Origin: Chrysemys picta bellii
Lineage: Eukaryota
NCBI RefSeq assembly: GCF_011386835.1
Contig: NC_088792.1
Coordinates: 37,014,001-37,078,000 of the forward strand
Reading direction: 5' to 3'
DNA length: 64,000 nt
Shown: piece after piece, positions 36,540-48,651 of the stretch
How positions within the stretch are numbered: the stretch's first letter is position 1
How the letters are laid out: each line of letters begins with the position of its first letter
Translations under genes and position numbers: made by a program
The notes under the pieces: generated by a model
The model's input: only the letters and a program-made list of their open reading frames with translations
Database searches by the model: none
Told to the model about the DNA's origin: nothing

Positions 36540-37772
36540 TGAGCTTCTTAAGTCTCTCAGTACTAGGCATGGTTTCCAGACCTATTTTTCTTCTAGTCAA
36601 AAGTAATTGTCAATATTTTGCACTTATATGCTGCAGTGCCTTTCATCAAAGGATCTCAAAACAAACAGACTTTAATTAATTACCGGTATGTCCAACAATA
36701 TTCCCCTGAGGTAGGCAAGTATTATATTATATTCATTTTACAGATGGGCAAATGGAAACACAGAGAGCGTCCTCCCCTTATGGATTCTCTCATTTTCTCC
36801 CATTGACCTTGCTCACTAGGGGTGAGATTCTCACTCCAACACCATCCCCTTTCTGATAGAGTGACATAAAAGGGCATAAAAATCCTTGAATCTGGCCAGG
36901 GGAGAATTCCCCCAGTGTAGGAACTGAGGAAGACAGCCACAGACTATCCTGCAAGACCTGGCATCTGAGCCATGGGAAGGACATGTTGGCGGTGGTGCCA
37001 CAGCCTGCCTATAGGCATCTGAGGACAGGCTGACATGATGTTAGAGAGCCCTGAGGGGCTACCTAAGTTACACCAGTGGCCTCTTCAGCCCCCAGAGAAG
37101 CTCTGAATCAGGAGGGCACAAAGGTACTTGAAGAGAAGAGAATGACAGATCTGCTCAAGTGTGACTATGTTGCTCTTTCTTGGTTAGTCCTCAGAGGATA
37201 TAAACCACAATATTAGCAACTCATTTTCTTCTTTAAGTCAGCTGTTTTTTTGGTAAGGGAACAGAAATGCCTAAACATTATCCTTACTGATGATCATGCA
37301 GTCTCTGGGGCTACAGCACAAATTACAAAACCCATTTAGATCGTGATATATTGGTTTAAAGTCAAAATTGGTTATACCACCAATGATGGCGTGGTGGAAG
37401 GGTTTTATTTTGTATATTCATGAGCTATCACCAGTGACTAAAAGTTTGTGCTAAAGTCCTGGGACATGAAGCCATTTACTGAAAAATATAGAAGACATAT
37501 TAATCTAAGATGAGTTTTCTTTATCCTCAGCTCTTAGTATTTTTCTCACTATGTTGCCCATAATTGCGGTAAATGAATGAATGCACATTTTGGCAGGTGT
37601 TCCTACAATCAGTGAGCAGATAATTGTACCTACAGCAAGAGAAGGCAGAACATGTTAATTTTTATGCATATTAATCAGACTCCTCAACACCAGCTAACCT
37701 TTATTTAATATTAGGCTGCTTTTAAAATGACACTGTCAATACCTTTTCTATAGTATTATGAATGGATGATAT

Positions 37773-38482
37773 TGTTATAAGCTGGGTTAAACCTTGTTAT
37801 GGGTTGAATTACAGGCTCATTGAAAATGAGGTGTGAACACGTCCTTCAATTAAGATAGGTGTAAGACACAATTAAGGGGCCATACCTAAAACATTGACAT
37901 AATCTAGTCTGCCCAGTAACTAGCAACACATGGGTGGATGGTTCCACTGGGCATTGTTCTGATCAGATGTGCTTGTGGCATAGGTGCTGGAAGTAGGGGA
38001 GCGGGGGTGGGGTGGAAGAAGGTGCTGCAGCATCCCCTGGCTTGAAGTGGTTTCCATCATATACAAGGTTTACAGTTTGATTCAATGGCTCTCAGCATCC
38101 CCAGTATACAAATTGTTCCAGCGCCACTGGCGTGTGGGGAAAAAGTCTAGCTGGAGGGGACAGACAAGAAACAGAGAAGCTCAAAAGCAACAAGAAAGCC
38201 AAGCAGTAGCCTGTAACCACAGCATGCCCCTGAAAAAAGCCTAGAAAAAGGTTCTGGGTCAGGGTTGCTGGCTAAGGGAAGATTGTGCCTGTAAACTAAG
38301 AAACGACTCCTTTTGTTTCTGGTTCCACCTGTGTTTGGAGAAGCAGGACATTGTACATTCCTTGTAAATGAATAAGATTGCATCCAAGAAAATACCAGAC
38401 TCCATCATCAGTTTCTACTTCCAGCTGAAACATCCCCAGGGTTCTGAAATTGACTAGCTGCTCAGGTCAAAAAGGGGTAACA
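37773..38482. mobile_element. Solo LTR (710 bp including nested MITE)
   Basis: TGTTA...TAACA termini with 4-bp TSD ATAT (37769-37772, 38483-38486). Confidence 0.75.
37979..38129. mobile_element. hAT MITE (151 bp) nested in the solo LTR
   Basis: Imperfect TIR cataggtgctggaa / ttccagcgccactg. 8-bp TSD gcttgtgg/gcgtgtgg (7/8 match). Confidence 0.75.
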
Positions 38483-39948
38483 ATATCGTCCTGTGTCATT
38501 AAGGTTGCACTCAGATTCCATTACATACTCTATTTTTAACCTTTTACTTTGGCAGGCAAAACTGAATTGACCCCAAAATTGCCAGATTTACTCCAAAGAT
38601 TTAGGAGAATTTTTCTGAAAGTTTATTTTTTTTAAAATGGCCTATATCTCAAAAACTGTTAAGTGAATTTTCTTTACTCTGAATTGAAATTATGATTTTT
38701 TTTTTAAAAATCCTTGAGAACTCATGTAGTAGATATATTTGAAGAAAATAAGCTGTAATTAATCAACTTTTTAATAACTATATGTAACCCCCATATTCAC
38801 TGTTCTTAAGCAAACAAAAAGTTTTTGCATGTGATTATTTTCAGAGTATACGAGAATTTTTCTTTGAAGGTCTTGTTCAAAATATTTTTCAGTTGACAAA
38901 AGAAGCTTAAAATGACACTTTAAAAGTGATATATTGATGCCATTTTTACAAAAACTCAGTAAACAGACAAAAAATTCTGTTAACTTTAAACTAAGTTTGC
39001 TACTATGTATGAATATCAAGAAATGTTAGTTTAAAACAAAACAAAAAAACCCTTTAGGGGTTAAAGGGTTTGGAACATTCCCAAACAGCCTTAACTCTGC
39101 CCTTCCTCATGCACCCATAACCTATACATCAGAAACTCACAGTTGTTTTAATATAGATTTTCCAAATAAACTTGTATCTAATCTGGAATGATTGTGCCTT
39201 AAACTTATTAGCATGGGAAAGAACATTTTCAAAGGCATTACGGTAAATTCTCCTTCTCCTATTCTCCCTTATATTACATACTTTTTTAAAGCCCCTGCCT
39301 TTTCCAGTGAGTTGCCTGATCCATGTCATAATATAGCAGTACTTTAGGGTGTTTCCTGTTTGAGAAAAGTAGCTGTTCATTTCGAAAAATCCTGTTTCAG
39401 CATGATAGAAGAAAAAGGGACTTTCAGATCCATTATTTTAAATCATCCACCTTGTTCCACACACGTATCTCGTCAGGCTGAAACTGGGACAACTGGCAAC
39501 ATCCTAATGCCCAGCTTGAGGGAAGCAGCTCCACCCCTAGAGTCATTTCTTATTGTCAACTAATACATTACTCACATTAAAACTACAGCAAGAGGAAATA
39601 GTGTCTAACCCTGGTGCAGCTCTCATTAGAACAACAGCATAGCTGCCAGCAAAGCTGATGGAAAGGGAGCCAAAGGAAACGAATACTAACGTTTTCATGC
39701 ATCCTAATGCTCCTCCTGCACTTACTCTTCTGTCCCAACAGATTCCCCAGGAAGATTAAGCTTGTGCTGAGTTTTTACAAACACAAAACAAACAAGACAA
39801 TAACGCAGCATGTAATAGGCTTAACTTCAGGAGGACAGGTAACAGAATAATGAAGGCTATAGTATATAGCGCATCTGAAAGTAGTAACTCGAGTCAAACA
39901 ATGCTACTGCTGCTAATTCTAGGCATGTCTATAGCACCTTCAGTCTTA

Positions 39949-40211
39949 GACCTTGTCTACATTTATAGACAAACTATACTGGCAAACCCTCCTAGTGTAG
40001 ACGTAGTTTATACTAGCAAAAAAGTCCTTTTGCCAGTACAGTTTATACTAGTTTCCTAAGTGAAATAAAGCTATACTGGCAAAAAGGCCTTTTTTGCCAG
40101 TTTAACTGTGATTACAGTAGGGCTTTTGCTGGCTCAACTATGTCAGCAAAAAAATCACGCCCCTAAACAACACAGAATATGCTAGCAAAACTTTTAATTG
40201 TAGACCAGGCC
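39949..40211. mobile_element. PIF/Harbinger MITE, 263 bp
   Basis: TIR gaccttgtctaca / tgtagaccaggcc with TTA TSD on both sides (39946-39948, 40212-40214). Confidence 0.8.
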
Positions 40212-40214
40212 TTA

Positions 40215-40435
40215 GGTTTCTTAAAGCATTTTACAAACATTATTTCATTAAAGCTTCATTAACAACGTTCCTGGGAGGTAGGAAAGTGCAATTTACAGAT
40301 GGGAAAACTGAAGAACAAAGAGATGAAGTGATTTGTCCAAGGACACAAAGAACAACTATGGAAAAGCTAGAAGTAGAAACCAGGTCTCCTGATTGCCCTG
40401 TGGTCTAAGCACAAGACTCTCCTTTCTCCACATAT
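40215..40435 (-). mobile_element. MIR-like CORE SINE
   Basis: tttacagatgggaaaactgaagaacaaagagatgaagtgatttgtccaagg is the antisense MIR core. Confidence 0.65.
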
Positions 40436-40752
40436 AGATCTCTACAAACAAATGAGATCCTAATTCTGCTTTTCCTTCTAAGAAGGTTCAGTTAGAAAAA
40501 GTTCATCCTCTATCTCAGGGTTGGTCTACACACAAGTTTTCACAAGCTTAATTTAAGATGTGCCAGCAAACTGGTTTTAATAAACCAGTGTTAGATGAGA
40601 CTTCAGGGTAAGGCCATTCTTATATGCAAGATAACCAGGTTTAAACCAGTGTAAAGGTATCCACAAACAAAGCTGTAAATCAATTTAATACCACAATTTT
40701 AGTGAAACCAGCACAACTTCGTGCATAGACCATGCATCATCAGGGTTCCAGA

Positions 40753-40775
40753 TCTCTCTCTCTCTCTCTCTCTCT
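40753..40775. repeat. (TC)n microsatellite
   Basis: About 11 perfect units. Confidence 0.9.
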
Positions 40776-40834
40776 AAGAAAGAAATGGCTGCTACTCTGA
40801 AATGTGCATACAGTTGAACCTAGACAAATTTAAA

Positions 40835-41036
40835 ATGGAAATAAGGTGTAGATTTTTGACTGTGAAGATAATTACCCATTGGAACAATTTACCATCACTG
40901 ATAATTTTCAAATCAAGATTGGATGTTTTTCTAAAATACATGCTCTAGGAATTATTTTGAGGGAGGTCTATGGCCTGTGTTACACAGGAGGTCAGATAAT
41001 CACAATGGTCCCTTCTGGCCTTGGAATCTATGAAGC
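40835..41036 (+). mobile_element. CR1 3' end
   Basis: cattggaacaatttacc...tcaagattggatgtttttctaaaa...gtcccttctggccttggaatctatgaa. Confidence 0.8.
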
Positions 41037-41099
41037 AGTGGAGAAAAACAAGTTAAAACATTTGATAAACCGTTTAAGAATAATTAATACCTATATAGT

Positions 41100-41290
41100 A
41101 ATGTCAACTTCAAAGCACTTTACAAACATTAGATAATCCTCACAATATTAATTTAAAGTCAGTAAGTACTATTATCCCCATTATACAGAAGGGGAAATTG
41201 ACGCAGAAGGGTTAACCAACACTACAGAGGGAGCCACAGCTAAAACTGGAACTAGAACTCAGGAATTCCTGTTTCCATTAAATCACATCT
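41100..41290 (-). mobile_element. MIR-like CORE SINE
   Basis: aagtactattatccccattatacagaaggggaaattgacgcaga, antisense core. Confidence 0.55.
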
Positions 41291-43223
41291 CTGCCTATTT
41301 CACTAAATCACTGTGTAGTCAGAACACTTTCTAAGGCTACATTCTGATACCCTGCCTGACGTGGAGCAGCAGCTTACTCCACAAGTGGTCTCATTGACAT
41401 CATTGTAACAACTATTTAATATCAATAAGGGTGTCGAATCTGGCCCAAAGTGAATATTGGAATATTGATACTAATGCCCCCCAACAAACAGATCAAATTT
41501 CGCCATGAATGTTATCTGAGACAAATATAGTATAGTATTTAAGGGTGTAACAGAGGTCAGAACCCACATTGTTCTTCTTAGACATGTATCAGACAAATAG
41601 AGATAACACACATTGGTGTCCTTATCAGTGAATTCTGCAGACACACACATAACTTTGCTATGGCAACACTTCTTGTAATGGAGAAGAAATTCCTTAGTAT
41701 GCAGTTGTTACTATCCCCACACTCAACACTAGCCTTTCCAGCTATACAACACATTCTTTCAGAACTAGTCTGAGGTCATTGCCATCATCCTTGTGGTATT
41801 TCTAGCCTGAAGCCCTAGCCTATTTCCTTTAGCTAGTCTCTGCTGATAATATCTATTCTCTAAATTTAAAAAGGGGTCTCTTAATATTCTTAACTATCTT
41901 CACAGAATCACAGAATCAACGGGCATAACCTGTGGCATGAAATAAAACTAAAAGTATATGTTTAATTTAATTTTCTTTCTACCAGGATAGCCTGAACAGT
42001 TTTGTTCAAGCTTCTCCAGCTATTTGGTAGTGTTTTTCAGTAAATGTAAAACAAGTGTTGGGTTTAGTTCCTTAAATCTACATACTGCTAATCTGTTCAC
42101 ACCTGTTATTTACTGAGACTAGCTGTAATAGGTCTGTTTCATCATGAAAAGAATACACAGGAAATCCTAGGGTTATATATTATTTCTACCAGTGTATCCC
42201 ATGAAGTTGGGATGCATATTCCATGCACCACTCAAATAGGAAAGATTGTAGAGTTTTACAAGTGCCTACTGCAAATGGATGAGTTTAGCCTGGATCACAG
42301 AAAATAAATTAAAATGAAATACTAGTTCTTTTGCTTAGAGAAGAACTGATGACAAGCCAGGTGGTCACAACTAAAACTTATGATGCTTAAACTATCATCT
42401 TTTTATATTTGAAAGTTCACAATTCAGTTAGATGAATGGGGCAGTTCATGCTTCTCAAAACTATTGTTTCAGGCGGTCAGATTTTGGGCAATGCTGCTTC
42501 AGTTTACTCAGCAAAGTCTACAGTATCAAGGAATACAGAGGGTTCTGCTTATCAATATAAAGGACAAATATCCACGGTAATACTTTTAGATCTTGTGTCA
42601 GCCTTCAGCACCATTAGTGATAAGGTGCTGCTGACCCATAAGACCTGGCATGGGACTGGGCCGCACAACTGCAATGCAGTTTAGCTGGGACTGACTGGGA
42701 ATGCCACATGTAGGTTTCAACCAGTTCAGCATTCAGCAGCCCATCTTCTGAGTGTGACAGATTAACAAGAGCATATTACTTAGGGGCTAAGCATATTACA
42801 ATGGGTCCCTGATGCCAGATATGATTCAAGGACTTGTTAACTAATTTTTAAAACACTTTATGCTCTAGTTACTGGTCTGGCTACCAGTGAGAGACCATCC
42901 TTCACTCTGCATTTTACTGCAGAAGCGGCTATGAGCAGGGATATTAAAGCTGAGGGACCCTCAGACCCAAATTCTTCGGGGCTTGCAACAGGTATTGCTT
43001 GGGGATAAGGAGCAGTAGGGAGTTCAATAACCAAGGGGCTCTCTCAGTCATGGTAAGTTCCAACTTTTCCACATTAACACCTTTGGACCACTGTGCTAGA
43101 CTTGCCACTTGATATTAAACATGGAAGAGGGATTTACACATATGATGGAAGGCAGGATTTGGCCTATTTGTATTGTTTTTCAGTGGTTATCCATAAATAA
43201 TTTGCCAATTTTACTGTACAGAT

Positions 43224-43505
43224 GTGGATAGAGCACTGGACTGGAAGTCAAAAGACTTGGGTTCTAATTCAGACTCTGCTACTGACCAGCAGTTCAACCT
43301 TGTACTAGTCACTCCACTGTCTCCGTGCTCGTGTTTCCACCCACCCTCCCCTCACCATGCATTTTGGTCTTGTTTGTTTAGATCACAAGCTCTTCAGAGC
43401 AGCAACTGTCTCTCACTACATGTTCATATATTACCTAGCACAATGGGGCCTGGATTTTGGTCAGGATCCCTTGGCACTTCTGTAATACAAATAAATAACA
43501 ATAAT
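43224..43505 (+). mobile_element. tRNA-head CORE SINE with L2-like 3' tail (MIR-like)
   Basis: Head gtggatagagcactggactgg...gacttgggttctaattc; tail aagctcttcagagcag...cctagcacaatggggcc...aatacaaataaataacaataat. Confidence 0.75.
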
Positions 43506-44721
43506 GAAAAAGTCTTGCTCAAGAAAAACAGCAGGGGAAATAAACAGTCCCAGAAATGTGCCTATGTAGCTACATTTCAAGCTAAACCTGTCTCCAAAGG
43601 CACACTCTGGCTCGGGGGCCTGATGCGCCCCTCCATTTCAGCTGTTTTACATCAGTGCAACTGCACTGAAGCCATTTCACACTTACACTGACACAAACTG
43701 TTGTACCGAAGAGGAGATTCAGCCCCGTATCATTTGACTCACAGTATGCACTGAGCCTATCATATAACGTTTTGCAGCACAATATGTATGTGCTGAGGCA
43801 GTAATGCTAGAAAGGATTCTGGCTCTCTGGAACAATTTTTTTATTCCTCAGGTGCACACAAGAGATATCCGCTCACACATAAAGGAAGAATGGATTAAGT
43901 AAACAACACATGTGATTACCCAGCTTCTCTTGGGAAGGTGTACATTTCACACTTCCCCTGGGTATAGTCCAAGAAAATGTGTAAGTACAGTAAATGAAGC
44001 ATGAAAGCTTTTATGGACTAGCATATATAGATATGGTTGTTTATCTCGCTTTGTTTTTTCTGCTGCAAAATGTTTCAAGTAAGATAAAATATTTCTTTAG
44101 AAGCCCAATAAATTTCAGTCATGATTTTAAACTAAGGAAGGAGATGAAGTCTAGAAAGAACTGACCAGAAAAACTAGAGTTACCTTAGGATATTTTCATT
44201 TCCTAGGATTCCTGTTTCAACCCCATAATTGAAACTGGTTGTTTCAGGCTGTTTTTCCTGCAGAACTGCCAGCCAACTCTAATTTTTCTGACTACGACAG
44301 CAAATAAGTACATGTTCATTTTTGCATGTTGATGTGCTTTTCATGCATTACAGAGTCAATAGACAGGACAGGGGGAAATGATTTGAGAGGATTAACTACA
44401 TTAAAGCCATACACAGTCCTTAAATTGAGATGCAATTCCCAACATCTTCCAGGGGAGTTCCTCCCTATGGTTCACCAGCTATATGATATATGGCCTAAAG
44501 GCAGTGGTGGATTAAACCTAGAGGCCAAATCCAAAACCCAGTAAATCACCGGGATTTGAATCAGGTCCTAAATGGGGCTGGATCCAATTTTAGCAGAAAA
44601 ACCTCTAAAAACAAATCAAGGGCCTCCTCCCCAGAATGACTAGTGAATGCTAAGTAACAATTTATTAACAGCCATATCATTTTTTATTTTAAAATGTTAT
44701 AGAAACCTGACAACATACATT

Positions 44722-44747
44722 ACACACACACACACACACACACACAC
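44722..44747. repeat. (AC)13 microsatellite
   Basis: Direct reading. Confidence 0.9.
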
Positions 44748-44781
44748 AAAGCTAATCCCACACATAAAAGTACATAATCCC

Positions 44782-45000
44782 AGTTAATCACATAGGGTAG
44801 AGCACTAAACAGAATCAGGAGACCTGGGGTCTATTCCCAGCTACACCACTGGTCTTCTGGGAGACTTCAGGCAAGTCACTTCCCACTCTTTGTTCCAGTT
44901 TCCCCATCTGTAAAATGGGGATAATGATACTGACCTGCTTTGTAAAAAGCTTTGACACCTATTGATGAAATGCACTACTGGTGGGTAGGCTAGGTATTAT
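44782..45000 (+). mobile_element. MIR-like CORE SINE
   Basis: ggagacctggggtctattcccagct...ggcaagtcacttccc...cagtttccccatctgtaaaatggggataatgatac. Confidence 0.8.
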
Positions 45001-45832
45001 TCAATTAGTTATTAATTATTATTGTGTCTGAATTATGTGGCAGTGAAATCTTTACTCAAACCATTGAAATCTGTCTGTCTGTAGTGAAGTAGAGAGTCAT
45101 GAGATAAATCATCAGGGAAGAGTTTAGAAGTCCAGATCCCCACTGTGCCAATACTTAAGCATGCGTTTAATGCTACTCTTGTGAGAAGTCCCACTGAAGC
45201 CAACTGAAGCTTAAGTATTGGCAGGATCAGCCAGTTTCTGCTTAAAATCATTGCTGATAAAGTCAATGGACTACTTAGGTGAGCAGGCATAAACAGACCT
45301 CTCACAGTAGGATTATTGTGTTATAAGTCAAAATACGTCTAAGGGTCACCCTGTCACAAAACCACTGACCAAGATTTAGTAATGGTCTGTCACCGTGGTG
45401 GTATAACTTAATTTATCCACCAGGTGAGAGCTGGATGTGGTGGGGTGAAGGGGTGTGTTACACTGTGATAAAAGGTTATTTAATGGTAGCCAAGATAATA
45501 CAACTGGTTATAAAAAAACAGAACAGGGATGTTATTTAAATTGGAACAAACAGAACTGGATACTACCTACCTGCAATAACATCCCTCCAGCTGCCCTCTT
45601 ACCTTCTTCCTGGTTCTCAGTTTATTCACAGACTCTGTTTCGCCCCATCTCTCTGTCTCCCTTGCCTGCACCATCCCCCTCTTCCCCTCCTGCTGAGGGG
45701 AGTGACCATCTCATCTCAGATTCTCAGGAGTAGCTACCTCTCCTCCATGAAAAAATTTACAGTACATTCACCCTGAACACACCCTAAATCATATATCCCC
45801 ATACGGGATCCAGTCTCTTTACCATATTTATA

Positions 45833-45845
45833 TTCCTTCCCCTTT
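45833..45845 (-). promoter_or_regulatory. Polypurine tract of the Gypsy element
   Basis: AAAGGGGAAGGAA on the minus strand directly precedes the point where LTR-LTR similarity begins. Confidence 0.6.
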
Positions 45846-45944
45846 AAATATGCTGTTCCTGTCTTGAATTTTGGACTGGCCTCTGGGATGATGATTTCTC
45901 AGAAGAAATCTATACCCAGGCTTGATCAAGGCACCTTGAGCTTT

Positions 45945-47030
45945 CAGTCATAACACCTCTTTCATGTCTGCCTGGACTTCTCTGACACTTTTAACGCTAC
46001 CGCACTAACGCCCATCAAAATTTCCTGATGCTCACAGACATTCTCAGCCAGGTTTCTCACTTCATTTGGCTTTGTGTTTTTCACCTGAGGATCCAAAGAT
46101 AAACGAGGGTTTAGTCGTGTTTGGTGGTATAGGGTTTCATTTTCACCTTGGTTCCTGCGTCCGAGCTCGGCAGTTTGGCGGCTTTCGTTTTCTTGGTACC
46201 AATGGTGCCGGAAGGTCCCGCTGTTTTGGCCATTGGCATGGCCAGTATCTTGGCCAACTCCAAAGTAGGGGATGTGGTACCCTGTTTTTTTTGCCGCCTT
46301 CTTGGCGGGCTGATCGGGAGCCCGAGCTGTGTAAGAAGGGCCCTTGTCAGAGGCTGCAGTCGGCAATTTCTGGCCAGATGGGGTGAGTACCTCAGGCTCA
46401 GACGCTGGATGGAGACACTTCTCCATGAGGAGGAGTTTAAGTTGGAAATTTCTTGCGGGCTTTCAGATTGTGACAGTGCGAGCACTTCTGTGGTATATGT
46501 GTCTCGCTGAGACAGTGGACACACAGAGTGCTCGTCTGAGAGAGTTATAAAAAGCCTGCAGGTAATGCAGCGTTTGAATCTTGGGGAGCCAAGCATGTCC
46601 CTCAGGGAGCGTACTCTCCTCATAAGGGGGATACAAATACGGAGCTGCAGTGGTGAAAATGGAAACCTACAGCCTTATGAGAAATTAAAATGTATTTTTT
46701 TTTTTGAAAAAACGAAAGGATGTGGATAAAGTACTAAAGCTAACTATTCTAACTGAAAAATAAAAGCTAAGGGAAACTATGCTACTTAGAAAGCTGTGAG
46801 GCGCTGCCAGTTGCTCCAACTGAAGCCAAAGGTGATAGTGAAGGAACTGGGGGTGGGGGAGGAGGGTTGGTCGCACAGCACCCCAGTTAACCGCCTGAAG
46901 CAGTGTGAAATGGAGGACTGTGCATGTGCGACCCAACCGGGCACTGCTACCATAAATCTCTGATTATGAACGCAGGAGCGCACAAACACCTAAAGTGGAG
47001 CACCCACAGGGACATCACTCGAAGAAGAAC
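45945..47030 (-). mobile_element. DIRS-like (tyrosine-recombinase retrotransposon) 5' fragment
   Basis: Minus strand begins GTTCTTCTTCGAGTGATGTCCCTGTGGGTGCTCCAC. Frameshifted ORF1-like peptides GSPRFKRCITC...SDEHSVC and LMEKCLHPASEP resemble the DIRS gag Zn-finger (from memory). Confidence 0.65.
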
Positions 47031-48200
47031 TCTGAAGTACCAAAATGACCTCTCTGATTGTGCTTGGCTTCATGCATCTCCCTTCGGAGCCATCTGGACA
47101 CTATCAACTGTAGCAAAGTCTCACCATCCTGAGGGTGTGTCAAGTGGTAATATAGCAATCCTCGATGTAAAACCAATCTGTTTCACCTTCCACCACCATT
47201 TTTTTCCTTCAAGACTGACAATATCACATCTATCTCAGTCTTTCTCCTTGCCCTCAATAAGAGCAATGGCAACAGGACAGATGTCCACATGCTCCATCTG
47301 CGTTTTTCTCAATGCCTCAGGGGAATAACTAATGTCCTGTAATAAGATATTTCTCACCAGACAAGACAGTCCCATAATTCTTGTGTCTGAGTGCTCCCTT
47401 CACCCTTCCATCCAAAAGTTAGCCTGCTACTTCTGGTTTAATGAAGATAAAATAATTCTGTTGATCTTCTCCTTTGGGTTCATTCCATGTAGGCAATCTG
47501 GACAGTACACCTGCATTTCCATTCACTTTTCCTGGTGTGTAACAGATTTAAAAATCTAATTCAGCATGTTTTGCCAACCATCAGTTTTCCACTGCATGCA
47601 AATCTGTCTAAATACTTGAGGGGACTGTGATCTGTCTTCACAGTAAACTTCTTATAGATCAGATACTCCATGAATTTCTCCATAGCGGCCCAATTTAAAT
47701 CCAGCAATTCCAACTTGAATGTCCTGTAATTCTGGTAATTTCTTTCAGACTTCCAGAGTCCTCTACTAGTGTATGCTATCACTCTTTGCACTCCCTCCTC
47801 TATCTGGCTCAATACAGCTCTAAGACACGAAAACTAGCATTGGTAGTCAGTATAAATGGCAGCTTGAAATCTGGACATGCCAGAATTGAAGCAGTCATCA
47901 GTCTTCTTTCCAACTCTTCAAAAGCCCATTGACACTCTGGTGTCCACTCAAAAGGTACTATCCTAGCCTTTCTTTCCCCACTAGCTGATGCAAAGGACAG
48001 GGGGTCTGTGAAACTTCAGTAGTTACTCATAAAACCGAGCATTTTCCTAACTTCAGTGAGACTCCATGGTCTTGGCCAATTTTCAAGTGCCTTCATCTCT
48101 GGATTAACAGCAATTCCCTGAGCCAACACCACATGTCCCAGAAATTTAACTTCGATACTGAGTAATTTAGCCAGAAACTATGCCTTCCTCTGCTCTTGTC
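47031..48200 (-). pseudogene. Gypsy pol remnant: RT C-terminus, RNase H, start of integrase Zn-finger
   Basis: Peptides VKFLGHVV...ENWPRP...EVRKMLGF, VIAYTSRGLWKSERNYQNYRTFKLELLDLNWAAMEKF...TDHSPLKYL, and REMHEAKHNQRGHFG. Stops and frameshifts present. Confidence 0.82.
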
Positions 48201-48378
48201 TTGCCCCATGCAGAGTGGACACTTGCCCTGTAATTCTGGGTTCTTGCTCAGTCAACAAGGTCTACAGTGCTTTAAACTGTGCCTGTAGCCCCTCCATGAT
48301 GCATCCTGTTGACTCAGAGATACCCTTCACCAGTCCAGAGATAAAGTTACCCCAATACTCAACTCTGGTCCCCTACAA

Positions 48379-48613
48379 CAGTGTTTCCCAAACTTGGGAT
48401 GCCACTTGTTTAGGGAAAGCCCCTGCCGCGTCCGCAGGTCCGGCCGATCTCGCCTCCCACTGGCTGCGGTTCACTGCTCCAGGCCAATGGGAGCTGCTGG
48501 AAGCGGCAGCCAGTACGTCCCTCGGCCCACGTGGACAGGGCAGGTAAACAAACTGGCCCGGCCCACCAGGGGCTTTCCCTACACAAGCGGCGTCCCAAGT
48601 TTGGGAAACACTG
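48379..48613. mobile_element. hAT MITE (235 bp) nested in the Gypsy element; relative of the 18777 MITE
   Basis: TIR CAGTGTTTCCCAAACTTGGGA with 8-bp TSD ccctacaa/ccctacac (7/8 match). Confidence 0.85.
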
Positions 48614-48632
48614 CCCTACACTAAACTGACCT

Positions 48633-48651
48633 AATCCTGTTTGTGATGCCA
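48633..48651 (-). promoter_or_regulatory. Primer-binding site, probably tRNA-Ser(CGA)
   Basis: TGGCATCACAAACAGGATT matches 17/19 to the complement of a vertebrate tRNA-Ser(CGA) 3' end (AATCCTGTTCGTGACGCCA, from memory). Both mismatches are CpG transitions. Confidence 0.65.

Larger units (their letters stand above)
35941..36590 (-). mobile_element. Old CR1 3' fragment interrupted by PLE remnant C
   Basis: Antisense CR1 tail (atagatttatagattttaaagcc...) and RT-end motifs (gtcttgatttaaacacttcaagtgatggagaa; aaactaaatagattgagcttcttaagt). Confidence 0.75.
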
